DNA of 63,679 nt, counting the filler, from Saprolegnia diclina VS20 (lineage: Eukaryota), in the NCBI RefSeq assembly GCF_000281045.1. It is 4 parts of 2 records of this genome, joined end to end, with 100 filler letters (N's around TTAATTAATTAA, not from the genome) between each part and the next. Parts side by side here need not be neighbours in the genome. Positions count along the whole stretch, not along the records: positions 1 to 20,176 come from NW_008246113.1; positions 20,277 to 50,194 come from NW_008246113.1; 2 more parts are not named here. The stretch is one strand, 5' to 3'. Below are positions 10,787 to 22,867 of this stretch, in pieces. Within the stretch, counting starts at the first letter, position 1; each line of letters begins with the position of its first letter. The notes beneath the pieces were generated by a model. It saw only the letters and a list, made by a program, of their open reading frames with translations. It was not told where the DNA came from and did no database searches. A program made the position numbers and the translations under genes.

Positions 10787-13700
10787 CTACACTTGCGTGG
10801 ACGGCGGTACTGCGGTCTGGACGAGCCGCTTGGGCCGTTCCTCCTTTGTCTCGGCGTGAACATCGAGCATCATGGGACGACGTGTACCTTGCGCAGACCC
10901 CGCAGACGCTTCTCCAAAACAATCGCCGAGGCAATGACGGGGAGGAGGAAGAAGCACATGAGGAAGAGGCAGAGCGCGATCGTGAGCAATGCGCCGACAA
11001 TGTTGGAGCAGACGCTGTCATAGAGAAGGTCGTAGCTCGCATCCAGCCACGCGCAGTCCATGCTGCAGGTCGTCGTGTCGATGGCACCAAGGAGCACGCC
11101 CACGACGCCTTTCTGCAGCGGCGCCAACACCGACGTTTGCAGCTGCGTGAGGTTGCCGACGTACGCAGTGGCAAACTCCGCGATCGACGGAATCGACGCG
11201 TTCCAGCCGGCCGTGTGCGACCCGCTGCCGCCGCCAAAGTCCGTCTACAACTACGTCTCAGCTGCAGCTCTGAATCTAGAATGGCGTACATCGAGTTGGT
11301 CGAGCGCGGTCCGAATCTGCGCCTCGGCTAGGTACGTATCGTACGCTGCCACGTACGTCGCGTAGCAGGCAGCGCTGTTGCACGACTTGCTCATATAACA
11401 GCGCGGCGCGTTCGTCGTCGACTCAAAGTAGCAGGCCGACTGGCCGGACGCCTGCAAGGACGCGTGCCCATCAGCCTCCCATGGCCGTGGGAGGTTGTCG
11501 AGCGTCAGCTGCGGCGTGTACACCGCGGCTTGTGTGACCAATTCGGCGGGGGACGCAGCCACCCACGCCGACGCGTTGGCCCTACCCCTCGTTAAGGGTC
11601 GAGTCGTCGTCTATAGAGAGAGGTACGCATGCAGAGTCTGGCTCAGGTTGGTCACGGCCGTCACCAACGCGGTCAGCGGGAGCGCATGGCTTGCTTGGAG
11701 CTCTTGCTCGAGCGGGCAGCTGAACGCAAGCTCTCCTTGAATCCCAAGCGCAGAGAGAAGCGACGTGTTGTGGAAGCACGCATGTAAAATCTCGGACGCT
11801 TGCCCTGGCCACACGGACGCTACGTTTGTGTGAGCACTAAGCAACATAGGAATGGGGTGTCGCTTTACTGCTGTTGTCGCGAAGGACGCTCACGTAGTGG
11901 CACACGTCGTTGCCGAGCATCGCAAAGATCAAAATGGCCGCCGAGAGCGCAAAGCCGCCAATGCAGATCGTCGCACCCCAAACCCTATTCGTTTGATGTA
12001 GACAGTGCTGACATTGAAGTATCGCACCAGGCGCCGTTGAGGACGCGCACGAGGCAGCTTTTCCGAGAACAGTGCCCGGCAACAATGCCCACAAGACCTA
12101 CACACTCGCATTACGTTGCCGCAAGGACACGCTAGAAAGACCCAGTGCGCACACGGCGACGCCGAGTCCAAAGGCAGCCATGAGCGCAGCCACTTGGGCG
12201 ATCGAGATGGTCGTGAACGCCGAGTATGCCGTATGCACGCTGGCCTGCGTCGTCGCCGCTTTGGTCTGGACGCTGGCAAGGTACGTATCAGCGCCGTCGA
12301 GCGCCGCCTGGATCGTGGTCTGAGATCTACTCACTCCCAACAATAACAGAGGGACAGAGAGATCGCGACTCGCACAGCTGGAGGCTTGAGTACATGGTGT
12401 TGACCACGGCTTGCATCGAGGTGTGGCTCTGATTGAAGGCGGCCACTGTCGCGTTGAAGGCTGCAGGAAACGTGTCGCAAAGTGCGGGCGGACAGGTCAC
12501 GCACACCTACCCCTTTTGAGTGCGACAACTATAGCACATGGAAGCGTACGTCGGAGGAGCCGAGCGAGCACCCGATCGGGTACGGCCCCAGGTTTGCCAA
12601 GCTAAACTGCAAATGCGCACGCAGCGTCCAGAGTGTGGTCATGTTGTCATTCATCCACGCACGCGTGCTCGACGGGTTGAGCTCTACACTCAGTTCTTAC
12701 GCCTTTGCGTTGTCCAGTGTGCGGGCGTACGCTGCTGAATCTCGGCGACTGTCGTGTTTAGCGTCGACGAGACGTGCGCGAGCGGCTTGTCCACGTTGCC
12801 TACGCATCGTTTTGCTTCGTTTTCGATGGAAGGGTATGACACGCACGCGTCATCGTCTGGAGGTTGGTGAGGGACATGTCGACGGCCGAGAAGGCGCCGT
12901 TGACGCCCTTGGTGATGATTTGGTTTTGCGTAAACGCAAAGACTGCACAGAGCACGACGCCGATCGCAAAGAACCCGTAGACGAGTATCGGCCGCAAGCG
13001 CTCGGCCCGCGTGTAGCTACATCGAGGGTTAGGGTCCAACGAGCTTGTTGTACGTACCCGTGGCGATGGGGGCGAGTGCCGTAGCAGCGGTCGCAGCCGC
13101 AGCGCAGAATGAGAAATACGACTGTCACGAGAAGGACAAGCGACGCTAGGAAGACGCCCGGGATCGCGTACGGCACAAACGACTTGGGGTACGCGGTGGT
13201 GACCCACGCCGAGGCCGCTCGGAGGTTTGCCTCCGTGTAGTAGGGCGTGCGGTTGACGTTCGGCGGCGGCCAGTAGCAGTTGGCCGCCCGCTCGCAGAGC
13301 CCTTGGTCGAAGCAGTTGCCGTCGCCGCCGACGCGAAGGCAAAGCGTGCCATTCAACACCGCACTCGGGTCATCTACACCAAGCTCTCGTCATGCTTGGA
13401 TAATCAGGCTCCGATCTCAGTACCGCGTGCAACGCAGCGCTGCTTGTCGCTGACCGAGAGCATGGTGTCGCAGGCGTAGATCGCGATCGCTTGAAGCGAG
13501 TTGCGGAACCAAGTGTCGCTGTGGCCGCGGACGCTGTCGACGCGCTCAAAGGCCGCGGTCGTCGCGCCTTGGGTTGAGACGGCGTCTTGGGCAAAGCTCA
13601 TGAGCGACGTCGACTACATCATCCAATCAGAGATCGCAACAGAAGGGTCATTTCGTACGGTCGTGGCCGGCGTGAGCGTCGAGGACGTGGCAAATGCATC

Positions 13701-13877
13701 ATTCTGCGTCGTCAGCGTCAGGCACGTGGCGCTGCCGGGCAAGAGCTCGCTCGCGCTGCAGCTCGTCATGCCAACGACTGCGAGCGAAAGTGCAGTCTAT
13801 TTCGAGCAATGTTGCTATTCTTGATACAGCGCAACGACCACATCCCAAGCGCGTAGCCCCCAAGCTGTCACCTCCAT
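10787..13877 (-). CDS. Multi-exon, Cys-rich multi-pass membrane protein (Tweety/prominin-like architecture)
   Basis: Coding-biased exons on the minus strand: PYAIPGVFLASLVLLVTVVFLILRCGCDRCYG..YTRAERLRPILVYGFF, further TM pairs, C-terminal CSNIVGALLTIALCLFLMCFFLLPVIASAIVLEKRL. Both ends approximate. Confidence 0.6.
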
Positions 13878-14211
13878 GTAGAGCGACCCTCTTGTAGAAG
13901 CGTGAGCTCGGTGCAGCAGACCTCTGCTTGCGCTCACAGCGTTGAACGCGCCAAAAAGGTGGTCGCGCCTGTATACCAGCACGTGCTCGCAATCAGACGG
14001 CGCCGACAAGATGCGCCGCAGCTGCAGCGCACGCGATGAGCGGAGGAGGAGCTGCGATCACTGTGAAATCGGCGCCCCTCATTGGCCGCCGGCAGAAAAG
14101 TGATAGCCGACAGCGTGATATCTTATCGCCGACATCCGACCGTGGGATCCAACGGCGGCCGGGCTTCGTCGACTCCACTTTTCATTTGGCACGAGCAGCA
14201 GCAACAACACC

Positions 14212-14454
14212 ATGGGCAACATTGCGTCGAACAACGGGCCGCTCGTCAAGTACGAGATCGCCGGTCCGCACGGCATCTGCTACCTCCAGGTCGAGAAGGA
14301 CCTCTGCCGCACAGCTCTCAAGGACAACCGCCTTGAGATTGACTTTGAGTTTCCCGACACGTACATCTGCCTCGGCACGAGCAGCACCATGGACGCGCTC
14401 GCGTGCGCCGACATCAAGAAGGCCACATGGGTGCCGTCCAAGACGCACAACTAG
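14212..14454 (+). CDS. Small 80-aa hypothetical protein with predicted N-myristoylation (MGNIAS)
   Basis: Strong GC3 codon bias, ACC-ATG-G context, Inr-like CACTTTTCATTTGG about 35 nt upstream. Confidence 0.65.
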   Translation: MGNIASNNGPLVKYEIAGPHGICYLQVEKDLCRTALKDNRLEIDFEFPDTYICLGTSSTMDALACADIKKATWVPSKTHN

Positions 14455-14639
14455 AGATCTCGTATACTGTATGGCATACTTTGATTGAATGTAACGTATC
14501 TTGACGCTTTCCACGTGGCGCGCTGTGGCGCCGTTTCGACTTTGCCCTTTTGCCATGCAGCGACTGCTACTCGTATGCAAATGCAGATTTAGGTATATAG
14601 AATCGTGCACGTGTCTACTAGCCTTATGACGCAGGCGTC

Positions 14640-15987
14640 CTAGTCGTCGTCTTCCGAGTCCGAGAGCGTCATCCGGATCTTGGGCACTTGCTCCGACTCC
14701 GAGTCGGAAGCGTCCGACCTACTATGTGCATGAGACAAACGACGCAAGAGGGAGGAAGTGTACCCTTCGTCGCTCGAGCTCGAACTCTCCGAGCTGGCCT
14801 CGTCTGGCGCGTCATCGAGCCGCGGCTTCTTATCGACGTGACTAGGTGTCTTTTCTTCGAGCTTGGCACGGAGCTGCTCCATGTACAAGGGCGGGATCGG
14901 CTGCTCGAGGATGGCCTTGAGGATGTGGCCGGGCACCTCGATGCCATGCTCCTACAGCGCACGAGTCAAGCCACCGAACGATCTTGGTTTGGCTTCAGCA
15001 CCGCAAAGACAGACGGGCCGCGAAGGCGCACGAGCGCTTCGGCGGGCAAGTCGATCGGATCACTACATCAACCAGTGAGAGAGCTATAGCTACGAAGACA
15101 ATATTGGACCCTGGCTTCCACCCCGGCGGAATGAGTTTACTAATCTCCTCGTCCGAGATACCGAGGCCGATGCGGACGTCGCCGACCGCCGATGGCACGC
15201 CGGCCGACGACGCGTCCAGTGACCGCTTTGTGGACGTGTACGACGAGGTCTCCTTGGTCACGATCGAGTCGATAACTAGCATTCGCAGATAAGAAGGACC
15301 GAGGTGAGGTGCAAGGCGCCTACGGCCGCGACTGAGAACGCCTGCGCGCATCATCTCGGGCGTCGGCGCTGGCGGCATGAAGCCAAACATCGGGTACTAC
15401 ACCATGCATGAGCTCGCTGGAATGCTATCAAATGGACGTACCCCTGGCTGCCAGCCCGCGGGCGCGCTCGACGTCGATGCGACCTTGTGGGCGTAGGCAA
15501 TGATGTCCTGGGGCTTCATGTGGGACGTTGTCGACGACGCCTTGGCGTTCGAGAGCACTCGGCGGTGCTTGAGCAGCACGTTGGAGATGGCCTTTTGCCT
15601 ATACGCGTATGAGCAAACTGCGTCGACGAGCGGCCACGGACCCGCCTCGGAGCTCGCGGGCGTACTGCACGATCTTGGCTTCTTTTTCTGCGATCTGCGC
15701 CTTGAGGTTCTCGAGATCCTTCTGTGCGGCCTGGTGCGCGTTCACTACGAAGGCCATGAGCGCATGCGGCGATGCTACGGATCGCTACGCTGCTTGACGG
15801 TCTGGAGGAGGACACGGTCCTTCTTGAGGATGGCCTCGAAGAGCGAGTCGGTCGTGCGCAGGATCGCCGGCGTCGTGTTGGACGACGCATGCGAGAGCGA
15901 CTCGAGCAGCTTGTACGCGATGAAGCGGTGTTCGTTCAGGCAGACGTCCACGCGGTCCCGCATGCTGGCGCTGCTGTTGCCGGCCAT
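14640..15987 (-). CDS. MED4: Mediator complex subunit 4-like (multi-exon)
   Basis: Coiled-coil N-terminus, then PQDIIAYAHKVASTSSAPAGWQPG|YPMFGFMPPAPTPEMMRAGVL (Med4 signature); acidic Ser-rich tail. Confidence 0.8.
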
Positions 15988-16223
15988 GGGTTACCGGTGG
16001 AACAATGGGACACTACAAAACCGATATTTTATCTTTACTCGGAGATTGTATGTAAAGCTCGTTTTTTTATTCCAGGCAGTTTGTCCCAGGTGCGCTGCAA
16101 AATGGCTAAACGAACGCAATCGAAGGCATTGAAAAACCTCATTTACAATCCCCGCACTGGAAAGAGTTGCGTGTTTTGAGGCGATGATAGGCGCTTGGGT
16201 ATATCCCACGGGGATATTTCACG

Positions 16224-16845
16224 ATGGATTTGGTCTGCGGCAGCGGTGACCGCGTCCCGCTGCGGGAGGCCGCCGCCTACCTCCGCGCCCAGCGCGCATC
16301 CAGCGGCTCGTCCGTCAAATCGCTTCTCAACGGCGCTTCGCTCTCGGCTACGCCCGTGGCAGCAGGTAGTCTCGTGCAAATGATGGCGTGATGGCACGAT
16401 CATGCGCCGTCGTATAGCCGTGGCCTCCAAGGAGAAGCAAACGTACTTGGCCAAGCGGCGCCAGTACCTGCAGCGGCGCCAAGAAGAAAAATCGTACAAC
16501 CAGATGCTCGGCAAGCTCGAGCGCCCCAAGGCGGACTCGGACATGCAACGCGAGATGAAGTCGGTCTCGCAGCACCTCTCGATCGGCGCCAACATGATTG
16601 CCGGCATGGCGACGGCGTTCTTTGTCGCGTACTATGTTGCCCGCAGCGTTACGGACAACGAGACCTCGGTGCGCAATCCCTCGTCGGCCTCGCATCGTCA
16701 TGCTGATGTGCATTTGTAGCGTCTTCTCTTGGGCCTCGCCGCCACGATTGCCATGATGGTCGTCGAGATGGTGCTCTACATCACGCGCTCGACCAAGCAG
16801 GAGGAGCTCGCGCGCCGGCAGCGAAAGAGCGAAGGCCGCAAGTAA
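16224..16845 (+). CDS. VMA12: ER V-ATPase assembly factor Vma12/TMEM199-like (3 exons)
   Basis: Spliced product: LAKRRQYLQRRQEEKSYNQM..MKSVSQHLSIGANMIAGMATAFFVAYY..RLLLGLAATIAMMVVEMVLYI (two TMs, typical Vma12 pattern). Confidence 0.75.
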
Positions 16846-17610
16846 GCGCAAACGGCGCTGTTTTGCATCATGTGGCCTTGTCGCACGGACTCATTCGATG
16901 CACTTGACGTCCAGGCGCACAGCTTGCAAGATAGAAGGAACGGGCGACTTTAGCATAGGCGCTGGACTGCTAGACGGGCAGGATCCAGCCCATGCGCCAA
17001 CGGCGGTAGAGACTTGGGTGGCTGCGTGCTCGAGTCCTTGGAATGCTGTGTGAATTGTGTATTGTACTACGTCGTTGCAGTCATCATCGTCGCTTGGTCA
17101 TACGAGGCGACGCTGGGAGTTGCGAGCTACCACCGTCTTGGGCCCGGGTCGGCAGCTAGCAACGCCTAGGACTGGCCAACCATCGCAAAGTGCTGCCTAC
17201 CTCGGCGCTCTGTCCGCCACACTGACGCGTAGAATCTCGCTTGGTGCGCTACTTCATTGTACGGCATATGGCTTCCAAGATCGCTTGACGTCTGAGTCGA
17301 AGCCCGGGAGGATTCGAGCATCAAAGCGAATCTGAGGACGGCAGGCAGTCGAGACGACGCGGTGCAATGGCAACGGCACAAGCTGGCGCCGGCGGGTGAC
17401 GCGACGCCTTCCTGCGTCTTGCGCGTCTCGGGAACCGCCGGCGCCTTTGCTCGCAACGCCTCGGATGCACGCGCGCGAATCTCGCCATCGCCTCTGCCCG
17501 ACGTACTGGCTCCACGCGGTCTCTCCGGCTGCCACGTCACCATACAAACCTCCCATTATTTATAGAACGCGCTTTTCCGTAGTTCCATCAGCCATTCGGG
17601 GTCTTGGGCC

Positions 17611-18087
17611 ATGGACCTCGGGAGCGTTGCGCACGGAATGCGGTCGGCGCGGTGCCGCATCACGGGCGCGAGCATCTGCCGGCGCAAGACCCGCGGCTTC
17701 CACTTCTCCGCCCACACGATCGTCTACCACGTCAAGGTCATTGCAACGAACGGCGACAAGTACGTCCTCGACTGGACCCACGACGACTTTGCGCAGCTGT
17801 ACAAGCGACTCCAGGCGCTGGACGCGAGCCTGCGCGCGGCGATCGCGGCGTTCCCGTGCCCGAAGCGCACGCTCCTCTTTGGCCGCCATGACGCGCTGCG
17901 CATCAAGGGCATGTGCGGGCAGCTCGAGTGCCACCTCGTCGCAGTCCTCAAGATTGGCACGCAATATGCAGCGACGTCATGCGCGCTCCAAGCCGCCCTC
18001 GACGACTGCTTGCTCTGCGTGATTGCGTCGACAATGCAGCCCGCCAAAGACACCCACGTATTTAACTCGTCGCCGCAACCAGCTTGA
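17611..18087 (+). CDS. Divergent PX-like domain protein (copy 1)
   Basis: IVYHVKV..WTHDDFAQLYKRL..FPCPKRTLLFG..LECHLVAVL; close paralog of 18981-19538. Confidence 0.7.
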   Translation: MDLGSVAHGMRSARCRITGASICRRKTRGFHFSAHTIVYHVKVIATNGDKYVLDWTHDDFAQLYKRLQALDASLRAAIAAFPCPKRTLLFGRHDALRIKGMCGQLECHLVAVLKIGTQYAATSCALQAALDDCLLCVIASTMQPAKDTHVFNSSPQPA

Positions 18088-18099
18088 AGCTAAACGGAC

Positions 18100-18844
18100 N
18101 NNNNNNNNNNNNNNNNNNNNNNNNNNNNNNNNNNNNNNNNNNNNNNNNNNNNNNNNNNNNNNNNNNNNNNNNNNNNNNNNNNNNNNNNNNNNNNNNNNNN
18201 NNNNNNNNNNNNNNNNNNNNNNNNNNNNNNNNNNNNNNNNNNNNNNNNNNNNNNNNNNNNNNNNNNNNNNNNNNNNNNNNNNNNNNNNNNNNNNNNNNNN
18301 NNNNNNNNNNNNNNNNNNNNNNNNNNNNNNNNNNNNNNNNNNNNNNNNNNNNNNNNNNNNNNNNNNNNNNNNNNNNNNNNNNNNNNNNNNNNNNNNNNNN
18401 NNNNNNNNNNNNNNNNNNNNNNNNNNNNNNNNNNNNNNNNNNNNNNNNNNNNNNNNNNNNNNNNNNNNNNNNNNNNNNNNNNNNNNNNNNNNNNNNNNNN
18501 NNNNNNNNNNNNNNNNNNNNNNNNNNNNNNNNNNNNNNNNNNNNNNNNNNNNNNNNNNNNNNNNNNNNNNNNNNNNNNNNNNNNNNNNNNNNNNNNNNNN
18601 NNNNNNNNNNNNNNNNNNNNNNNNNNNNNNNNNNNNNNNNNNNNNNNNNNNNNNNNNNNNNNNNNNNNNNNNNNNNNNNNNNNNNNNNNNNNNNNNNNNN
18701 NNNNNNNNNNNNNNNNNNNNNNNNNNNNNNNNNNNNNNNNNNNNNNNNNNNNNNNNNNNNNNNNNNNNNNNNNNNNNNNNNNNNNNNNNNNNNNNNNNNN
18801 NNNNNNNNNNNNNNNNNNNNNNNNNNNNNNNNNNNNNNNNNNNN
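18100..18844. other. Assembly gap (N run)
   Basis: Continuous Ns. Confidence 1.
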
Positions 18845-18980
18845 ATGTCAAGTGAGGGTACCCTGTAGAGGGCCCCAGTAAAAAAGCGACAACGTGATGG
18901 CTTCCTGCCGAACGCGCCCAGTCGAGTGACCCAACGTCCAACATCAAAGCCTTCCAAAGAGTCCTTCACTTTTCCATTGG

Positions 18981-19538
18981 ATGGCCGCTGCGCCAATGCG
19001 CCGACAGCTCAGTTCGAGCAACCTCGACGACATGTACATCGTGCGCGGCCTCGAGGTCGCCAACTGCCGCATCACGGGCACGAGTATGGTCAAGCGCAAG
19101 GGCTTCCTCGCCAAGCATTCGATCGTCTACCACGTCAAGGTCATCAACGGAAGCCACGTCTACGTCGTCGACTGCGTCTACGAGGACTTTGCGCGCTTCT
19201 ACAAGGAGCTGCGGACAGCGCCCAAGGCAGCGGTAGCGTTTCTGCAGGCGATTGCGGGGTTTCCGTGTCCCAAGAAATCGCTCTTTGGCCACCGCGACGC
19301 GCTCGTCATCAAGGGCATGTGCGGGCAGTTGGAAAACCACTTGACCAACGTGCTTCGACTCTGCCGTATCCACGGCGCCGCGCTGCCCGAGCTCAAGGAG
19401 CACATCAACGCGTGCATCCTCGAGTTTGTGACGCACCGCGACCCGATCCACGCGCCTTTGGGCCGCTGCCACCCGGTGTTGAGCCCGCACACGGAGGCAG
19501 ACTCGGTGCGCCGGTGCCTCTCGTCCACCGTGATGTAG
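18981..19538 (+). CDS. Divergent PX-like domain protein (copy 2)
   Basis: IVYHVKV..CVYEDFARFYKEL..FPCPKKSLFG..LENHLTNVL; Inr-like TCACTTTT just upstream. Confidence 0.75.
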   Translation: MAAAPMRRQLSSSNLDDMYIVRGLEVANCRITGTSMVKRKGFLAKHSIVYHVKVINGSHVYVVDCVYEDFARFYKELRTAPKAAVAFLQAIAGFPCPKKSLFGHRDALVIKGMCGQLENHLTNVLRLCRIHGAALPELKEHINACILEFVTHRDPIHAPLGRCHPVLSPHTEADSVRRCLSSTVM

Positions 19539-19954
19539 ACCGTGGCCCATTATTTATTAACAATTCAACATGAATCGGCAACCATCCATCGACGTGCCTA
19601 CTAGATTCGTAGTAAAGTTTGGGGAGAAATTCAGTCGATGCAGCAAGATACTACTGCGCTGCTGCTCGTCGGCGATGTATCCATCGGGTGGCTACTTTCA
19701 GCGACATGCTGCTCGCGTGTGCGGTACTCCTTGCCAGTCGCCCAGATTGACTAAGATCGACTAAGATCCAAGTTGAAAAAACTCAGATCTACGCCGTATC
19801 GGTGCACCACTACAGCACATTTCGGACAATTGTTCGCCAATGTCCAACAAGAACCACGACTTGTACACATAGTATCATTATTTACCTTTTGGTCTACACC
19901 CGGGCTGCTAATTGTATATACATAGAAACCGTCGACGGCGGTTACATCTCGGTC

Positions 19955-20176
19955 TTACGCGTGCTGAAACTGCCAGCCTTTTGGCTTGAAGCTGCACAAG
20001 ATCGAGCGGCCGACGCTGTATTGGTACCCGGGCGCGAACCGGTCGACGGGGTTCGTGCGCACGAGAAGCAGCGCGAGAAGGCCACTGCCGGCGCCAATCG
20101 CAAACAGTGGCAGCGCAGTCTCGTAGGCACTGAGGATCGAGTGGTTGGACTCGGCCGCGTCAAAGAGGCTCGTGAA
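19955..20176 (-). CDS. 3' end of a gene truncated by the gap (probable membrane protein)
   Basis: Open frame from the gap edge, FTSLFDAAESNHSILSAYETALPLFAIGAGSGLLALLLVRT..FQHA*, with coding-like codon use. Confidence 0.45.
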   Translation of the reverse strand, partial: FTSLFDAAESNHSILSAYETALPLFAIGAGSGLLALLLVRTNPVDRFAPGYQYSVGRSILCSFKPKGWQFQHA

Positions 20177-20276
20177 NNNNNNNNNNNNNNNNNNNNNNNN
20201 NNNNNNNNNNNNNNNNNNNNTTAATTAATTAANNNNNNNNNNNNNNNNNNNNNNNNNNNNNNNNNNNNNNNNNNNN
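20177..20276. other. 100-nt scaffold gap with artificial TTAATTAATTAA linker
   Basis: 44 N + TTAATTAATTAA + 44 N; same construct at 50195 and 61878. Confidence 0.95.
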
Positions 20277-21767
20277 CCCAGATTTGTCATTTGGGATCCA
20301 GTTTTGACGAACATTCCAATATTACACCCAGTTTTGTCATTTTCCCATGCGTAGCCGCGTCACTCTACTCAGTTACCAGCCCCCCCACGCCCCCCCCCGC
20401 TGCGGACGCTTCTACTCGTCCAGAGCCTCTACGGACGCAGAGTAAAGCGCGCAGTTTAGGTTATCTAGCGTACTAGCGTCCGAGGCAAACCGACAGACAT
20501 GAAGGACGCCGTGCGATTCTCAGAGCAGACTTGAAGGAAAACCTGGTTTTGCGTCCGCACGAGGTTGCGCGTTCGATATCATTGCAATCCTGGATCGCTC
20601 AACCAAACCCGCCAACATGACCAACTACGTATCTTTGTCGCAAGCACCCAAAAGATGGCATTCCTTGGCGTAGATCACCGCGGCCATAGGTGGCGCGCTT
20701 CCGACACGAGGCTTTTGGGAGGCTAATAGGGGCACTACCGTCAAAGGTGTCAGTCCAGGACGCTCGCTGTCATCTCATCCCGAGCGCGATCTACGTCTCC
20801 GCACGTGGGTACTAGATCCAAGCTGTCGCCAACCTCCAGCGGTCAGCTCGGTACACGATGCGACGACGACGACTCGACAACGAGAAGCAGCAACGATAAC
20901 GCAAGTCGAGCACGAAATGAGAATTTTGAGCCAGGCACGAACGCGTTTGCATCGTACTACGACGGACCGACTACAGTATGGAGTCAACGGTACGGCGGTA
21001 AAGACAACGGCGCAAAGCGGAAGGGGCTTGGACCCCCGCGTCGTCGAGTCGCCAAGACGTGTGGTCAGAACACAATCATGGGACGTGGAGGACGGCGGAG
21101 ACGGCGCGAGTGTTATAGCCGCCCCACTACCACGTCGGACGCTCGAGTACTGCCTCTCGGAGCGCGATCGGTAGCTCAAGTGCTAGGTGGTAGGGTCGAG
21201 TACCATGGCGTCTCGTGTCCGCTGGGCTCAGCACAGTTAGCCCGATCGGCGAGCGCCAAGAATTGAACACTAGGAAGGCGACTTCGGGCCGCCACCGCGC
21301 CGAGAGCTGCCCGGTGGAGAAAGGTATCATTCCTCGAAAACTCTCTCGTGGGCAGTCCGAGTAATATGCGGTAGCGTTGGCGCAGTCGATGTTGGAAAAG
21401 TGGCGGCGGAGGAATGCAGCACGCCTCACACAAGCTCTCGAGCCGTCCCTCGCAAGGCGACGAGCTGGAGCGCTCGACTAGTCCATGGTAGTTGTCACTG
21501 TCGGTGGACGCGCAATAGCATCCAAGAGTATAGGCCATTAGGCAATGTCAGTGACCATCAAGTAGGTAGTTGGCGAGGAGGACACGCGGGCATTTACCTC
21601 GTGCTCCTTCGCAAGGCTTTGCCCGGCTTGTGCGTCGTTCGTGGTATCGTCCACACAGAGCTCCACGACCTTATCATAGTACCCACTGTCCTTCAATAGA
21701 ATGGGAACTTCACATGAGCTTCTCAGTGTTTATCAGGTGAAGGTCCAGCAGTCTCAAGTATGACCGC

Positions 21768-22829
21768 TTAGGCATACAAGTACTTTTCGTTGGCAACCCA
21801 CGTATACGGCGGCAGCTCGCGTTCGCTGTCCTTCGAGGTACGTACGAGCACCATCGAGAGCGAGTCGCTTCGGGGCGTCGCCAGCGCACGCACTTCGTTC
21901 GGCAGTGCCATCTCGTCTGTGGGCCAAAGGACAATGTTTTCCAGATTCCAGCGCGCGGCTTCTTCGTGCAGCGTGGGAAGGCACGCAGCAAACACCTCGG
22001 GCGTCGACCCGTCGTACTTGAGGATGTCGAGCTGGTTCTCTTCAAAGTTGTGGGCCCAAACGACGTACCCGAGGATGGCCTTGTCGTCTTGTAGCACGAC
22101 ACCAAACGTCGTCGGCAGCGTCGATAGCGTCAAGTGCTTGCGGGCAAAGTACGCGTGCTGCACGTGAAAGAAGGTAACCGCATCCGCCGAGAGCAGAAAA
22201 GCAAGCTCGCCCGGCTGTAGCCGGCCGGCTACACGCTCCTGGTCGTGCGTAGCAATGGCTTCGAGGTCGGCGGGTGTGGCCAGCGGCCGTAGTGTCCAGC
22301 CAACAGGCAAGCGCGTGGATGCTGGCGTCGTGGCGGGCAGCGAGATCTCCAACGATGGCGCAAGCACCCAGCCTCGCGCCGCGTAGAAGCTCGTGCCAAT
22401 GTCCGAGTAGAGATTGACCACTGTGTACGCGTCTTTCTTTTGGCCAAGGAACGCAGCAAGCATGGCCGATGCGTAGCCCTTCTTGCGGTGACGCGCCGGC
22501 GTGTACACGGACGCGACGCTCCAGCCATCGAGGTAGACGAGGTCGGCCGAGGGGCTCCATGGGCGAAGCACAACCGGTCGCTTAAAGACCTCGAGATACC
22601 CACGCAGGTCGAGCGTGCTCGGGTCCGACGTCGGCACCAAGACGTAGTCGGTCACAGCGTCATCCGCAAACGGCGTCGCGCGAAACTGGTCTTCGCGGTC
22701 GAGGTACTCGTCGTACGTGAGGTGCGGCGCGCCCCACTCTTCGTATGTGAGCACGTCGACCTGCGTCTCTTGGGCGTCGTCGCCAATGCGCAGCTCCACG
22801 TCCAGCATGGTTGGAGTACTAGCGTCCAT
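21768..22829 (-). CDS. LYC1-like GNAT acetyltransferase (copy 1, intronless)
   Basis: EWGAPHLTYDEYLDRE, VASVYTPARHRKKGYAS (acetyl-CoA motif A), LYSDIGTSFYAARGW, C-terminal WVANEKYLYA. Confidence 0.8.
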   Translation of the reverse strand: MDASTPTMLDVELRIGDDAQETQVDVLTYEEWGAPHLTYDEYLDREDQFRATPFADDAVTDYVLVPTSDPSTLDLRGYLEVFKRPVVLRPWSPSADLVYLDGWSVASVYTPARHRKKGYASAMLAAFLGQKKDAYTVVNLYSDIGTSFYAARGWVLAPSLEISLPATTPASTRLPVGWTLRPLATPADLEAIATHDQERVAGRLQPGELAFLLSADAVTFFHVQHAYFARKHLTLSTLPTTFGVVLQDDKAILGYVVWAHNFEENQLDILKYDGSTPEVFAACLPTLHEEAARWNLENIVLWPTDEMALPNEVRALATPRSDSLSMVLVRTSKDSERELPPYTWVANEKYLYA

Positions 22830-22867
22830 GGTTGAGCTGTCGACACCTGCTGTAGACAGGCATCGGG

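Noticed and set aside
17977..18996. Long ORFs spanning the N run
   Set aside because: Artefacts of translating Ns.
20221..20232. Palindromic TTAATTAATTAA recurring three times (also 50239 and 61922)
   Set aside because: Always centred in a 100-nt N block; an artificial six-frame-stop scaffold linker, not a biological element or piggyBac site.
20277..21700. Short CCAGTTTTGTCAT-like repeats, a C-rich tract and weak ORFs next to the gap
   Set aside because: No coherent gene model or element boundaries could be supported.
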